A stretch of 64,000 nt of DNA, taken from positions 28,232 through 92,231 of the forward strand of contig CBDCLE010000020.1 in the NCBI GenBank assembly GCA_965218585.1, given 5' to 3'. Positions 61,916 to 64,000 of the stretch are shown here, in pieces. This DNA comes from Terriglobia bacterium (GTDB taxonomy: Bacteria > Acidobacteriota > Terriglobia > 20CM-2-55-15). The first letter of the stretch is position 1. The number at the start of each line of letters is the position of its first letter. The translations under genes were made by a program, and so were the position numbers. Under the pieces are notes generated by a model, which was not told the origin of the DNA, did no database searches, and saw only the letters and a program-made list of their open reading frames with translations.

Positions 61916-64000
61916 AGCTGCCCCGCTTCTTTCGCTCTCCAATAGGAGTGCTCCTGGGACAGATAATGAGGTTTCAGGTAGACCCGGCGCGGCTCAAGCG
62001 ACTGCGCCCCGTCATAGGGCAGACAGATCGCCTGGCAGTTCCCCAGCAAAGCGAAGTCTCGCGGGTGAAACACAGCCTCGCGGCGCTCCTGGAATGACTT
62101 GGTAGCGCCGATGCTGCCGCCGCCTCCCCCGGCGCGGCCAGAGAGCGGAGAGACTTCCGCCCGCCTGGAGGTTTCGCTGATCGTGTACGATCCCTTGATC
62201 TTCGCCACCTGCCCGCACAACTCCGACGCAATCTTTGTGGATGCATCGTCACTGAGCGACAGGAAGATGCGAGTGCGGAGCGTCTGCAACAACGAACGCC
62301 ACGCTTCCGAGCTCCCTAGGACAGAGCGAAGCGAGGAAATAGACTGTGTGGCGACAATGGGGATGCAGCGGCATTGGCGGGTGAGAGCAAAGGATTTTTC
62401 ATCGCCCGACGGGTCGTCCTCTCCCACCGAAGCGAACGCCTGATATTCATCGCAGATAAAGACGGCGGGCCGGAAGTAGACCCCCGGCGACTCCTTCATC
62501 CGGGCCGGGCGCATGAGAAGGGCCTGGAGCCAGGCGTTCTTGAGCATCACGCCCACGGCGCGGGCCAGCGCCGGGTTGATACCGGCGGGCATGTTCAAGG
62601 CCAGCACCTTGCCCCCCTCGATCAGTTCATAGAGTGGGGGCAGATGGCGCGGCCCCTCGATTCGTTCCTCTTCGACCGGCGGAATCGACGTGGGTGCGTG
62701 TTTGTCTCCTGCCGCGCCGTCCGGCTCCTGGGTTTCCCGCGCCGCCCGCATAGCGGCCCTGGCCTGAACTGAAATCGCCCGGGGATCGTCGGGGACTTCC
62801 GGCGGTCCCGGACAAAACACACGGGCCACATCCGGCATATCGAACATGGACAGGAAGACCGAAACCCCTTCGACAATCGAGGACTTGATTTTGTTGTCGA
62901 GCGTTTGCCAGTCATGGACAAACCAACGTTTGACCGCCTCCACCCGTTCCCGCACATCGTCACCGCGTCCGGGCTCCCAGACCACCCGGTAGGTGAGCTT
63001 GAGTTCGTCCAGTTTGTTGATCAACGGGCGGCTGTAGACGGCTTGTTGTTCGTCCGTGTCCGGGGCGTCTTTCCAGACCCATTCCGCGAGTTTCATGAAT
63101 TGGGTTTGAAACACGTCCTCCGGGACGAAAACCGTCCCTGTATTCAACTCGTCGCTGAATCCTTCGGCTCGCTTGATCGTGGCCGCGAAAAGATCCGGGT
63201 CGATGGCGCAACGGTAGACCTGCCGCAACGTTACCCAACGCTCCGGGAGCGCCCGGTGAAGCTCGATAATCCAGCGGACCAGATTGGTATAGGCTTGCTG
63301 CCAGAACGGTTCCTTGCCCTTGCCGAACAACTGATTGAGCAGAGAGGAAACGGTGTAGGCCAGCGAGTAGGAATCGAGCCACCAGGCCGAGAGCGGGTTC
63401 CACTGCCAGTGCCCCTTCATCCCCAGTTCGATGTAATCCTTTCCCCGTTTCGCCTCGATCAGGATTCGGCGAATGTCGTGACAGAAATCTCCCTTGACTT
63501 CGAGTACCAGCGCCGCCGCACGCTTCTGTGGATTCTCGGCTTGCCAGGAGAGAAGTTGCCGGGCGAAGGGGTGAATGCACGCCGAAGTTTTCCCGGAGCC
63601 CACGGCCCCGAAGATCGCCACTCCGGTATACAGTCCCCGCTCTGGGATGATGAGCCAGGAAGGATTGAAGATCTCGCGGGCCTCGACCGGATGATGAACC
63701 TCGCCGACGACGATGGCGGGGCCCGCTTGTTTGGAAGACAGCGGCCACACCGGGAGTGCTCCGAAGGGGGCGAAATCCCGCCTCCGGCCCTCCAGCCAGA
63801 CCTTCCAAACGGACAGAACAATGAGCCCACGAGCATGACCAGGACGAATGGGGAAACGTAGTACCAGAGCAGCACCCACCCGTAGAAGTTGGGGGTGTAA
63901 TAGTCCATCAGATCGAGCAATGGACTCTCCCCGAGCATGGGGAAGGGACGCCGGACAAAGCTCCACACGGCGTAGCCGAGACCGCCGAGAAACAGGAGGA
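61912..64000 (-). pseudogene. VirD4/TraD-like coupling protein, frameshift near 63825; 5' end outside window
   Basis: GAVGSGKT, FICDEYQ, VATQSISSL; N-terminal TM segments lie in another frame. Confidence 0.85.

Overview
GC-rich bacterial chromosome segment; the gene families suggest Acidobacteriota (inference). 1-18 kb is intact housekeeping and envelope DNA (metG 3' part, tatD, polyprenyl synthase, PBP1A, lepA, ROK kinase, CNT transporter, cyclophilin, secreted cyclase and arylsulfotransferase). 18.2-25.5 kb is a decayed patchwork of gene fragments and IS elements (IS3, IS1380, IS256) punctuated by about six dif/Xer-like 28-bp sites. 25.7-36.4 kb carries a ccm (System I) operon with VKOR-DsbA, queF and transketolase, plus two unannotated sRNA candidates, one with a CsrB/Rsm-like GGA-in-loop pattern. 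From about 39.4 kb to the end is an integrative island: a P4-type integrase next to a putative tRNA-Ser 3' remnant, a nested stack (IS1182 | IS1380 whose terminal repeat holds a group II intron, whose domain V holds a second intron with a matching EBS1 | IS4), BrnTA, an NxD-type McrB + DUF2357 nuclease pair, IS256, and VirB11-like plus VirD4-like genes. No rRNA, intact tRNA or CRISPR array was seen. All calls come from reading the sequence by eye; no searches were run.
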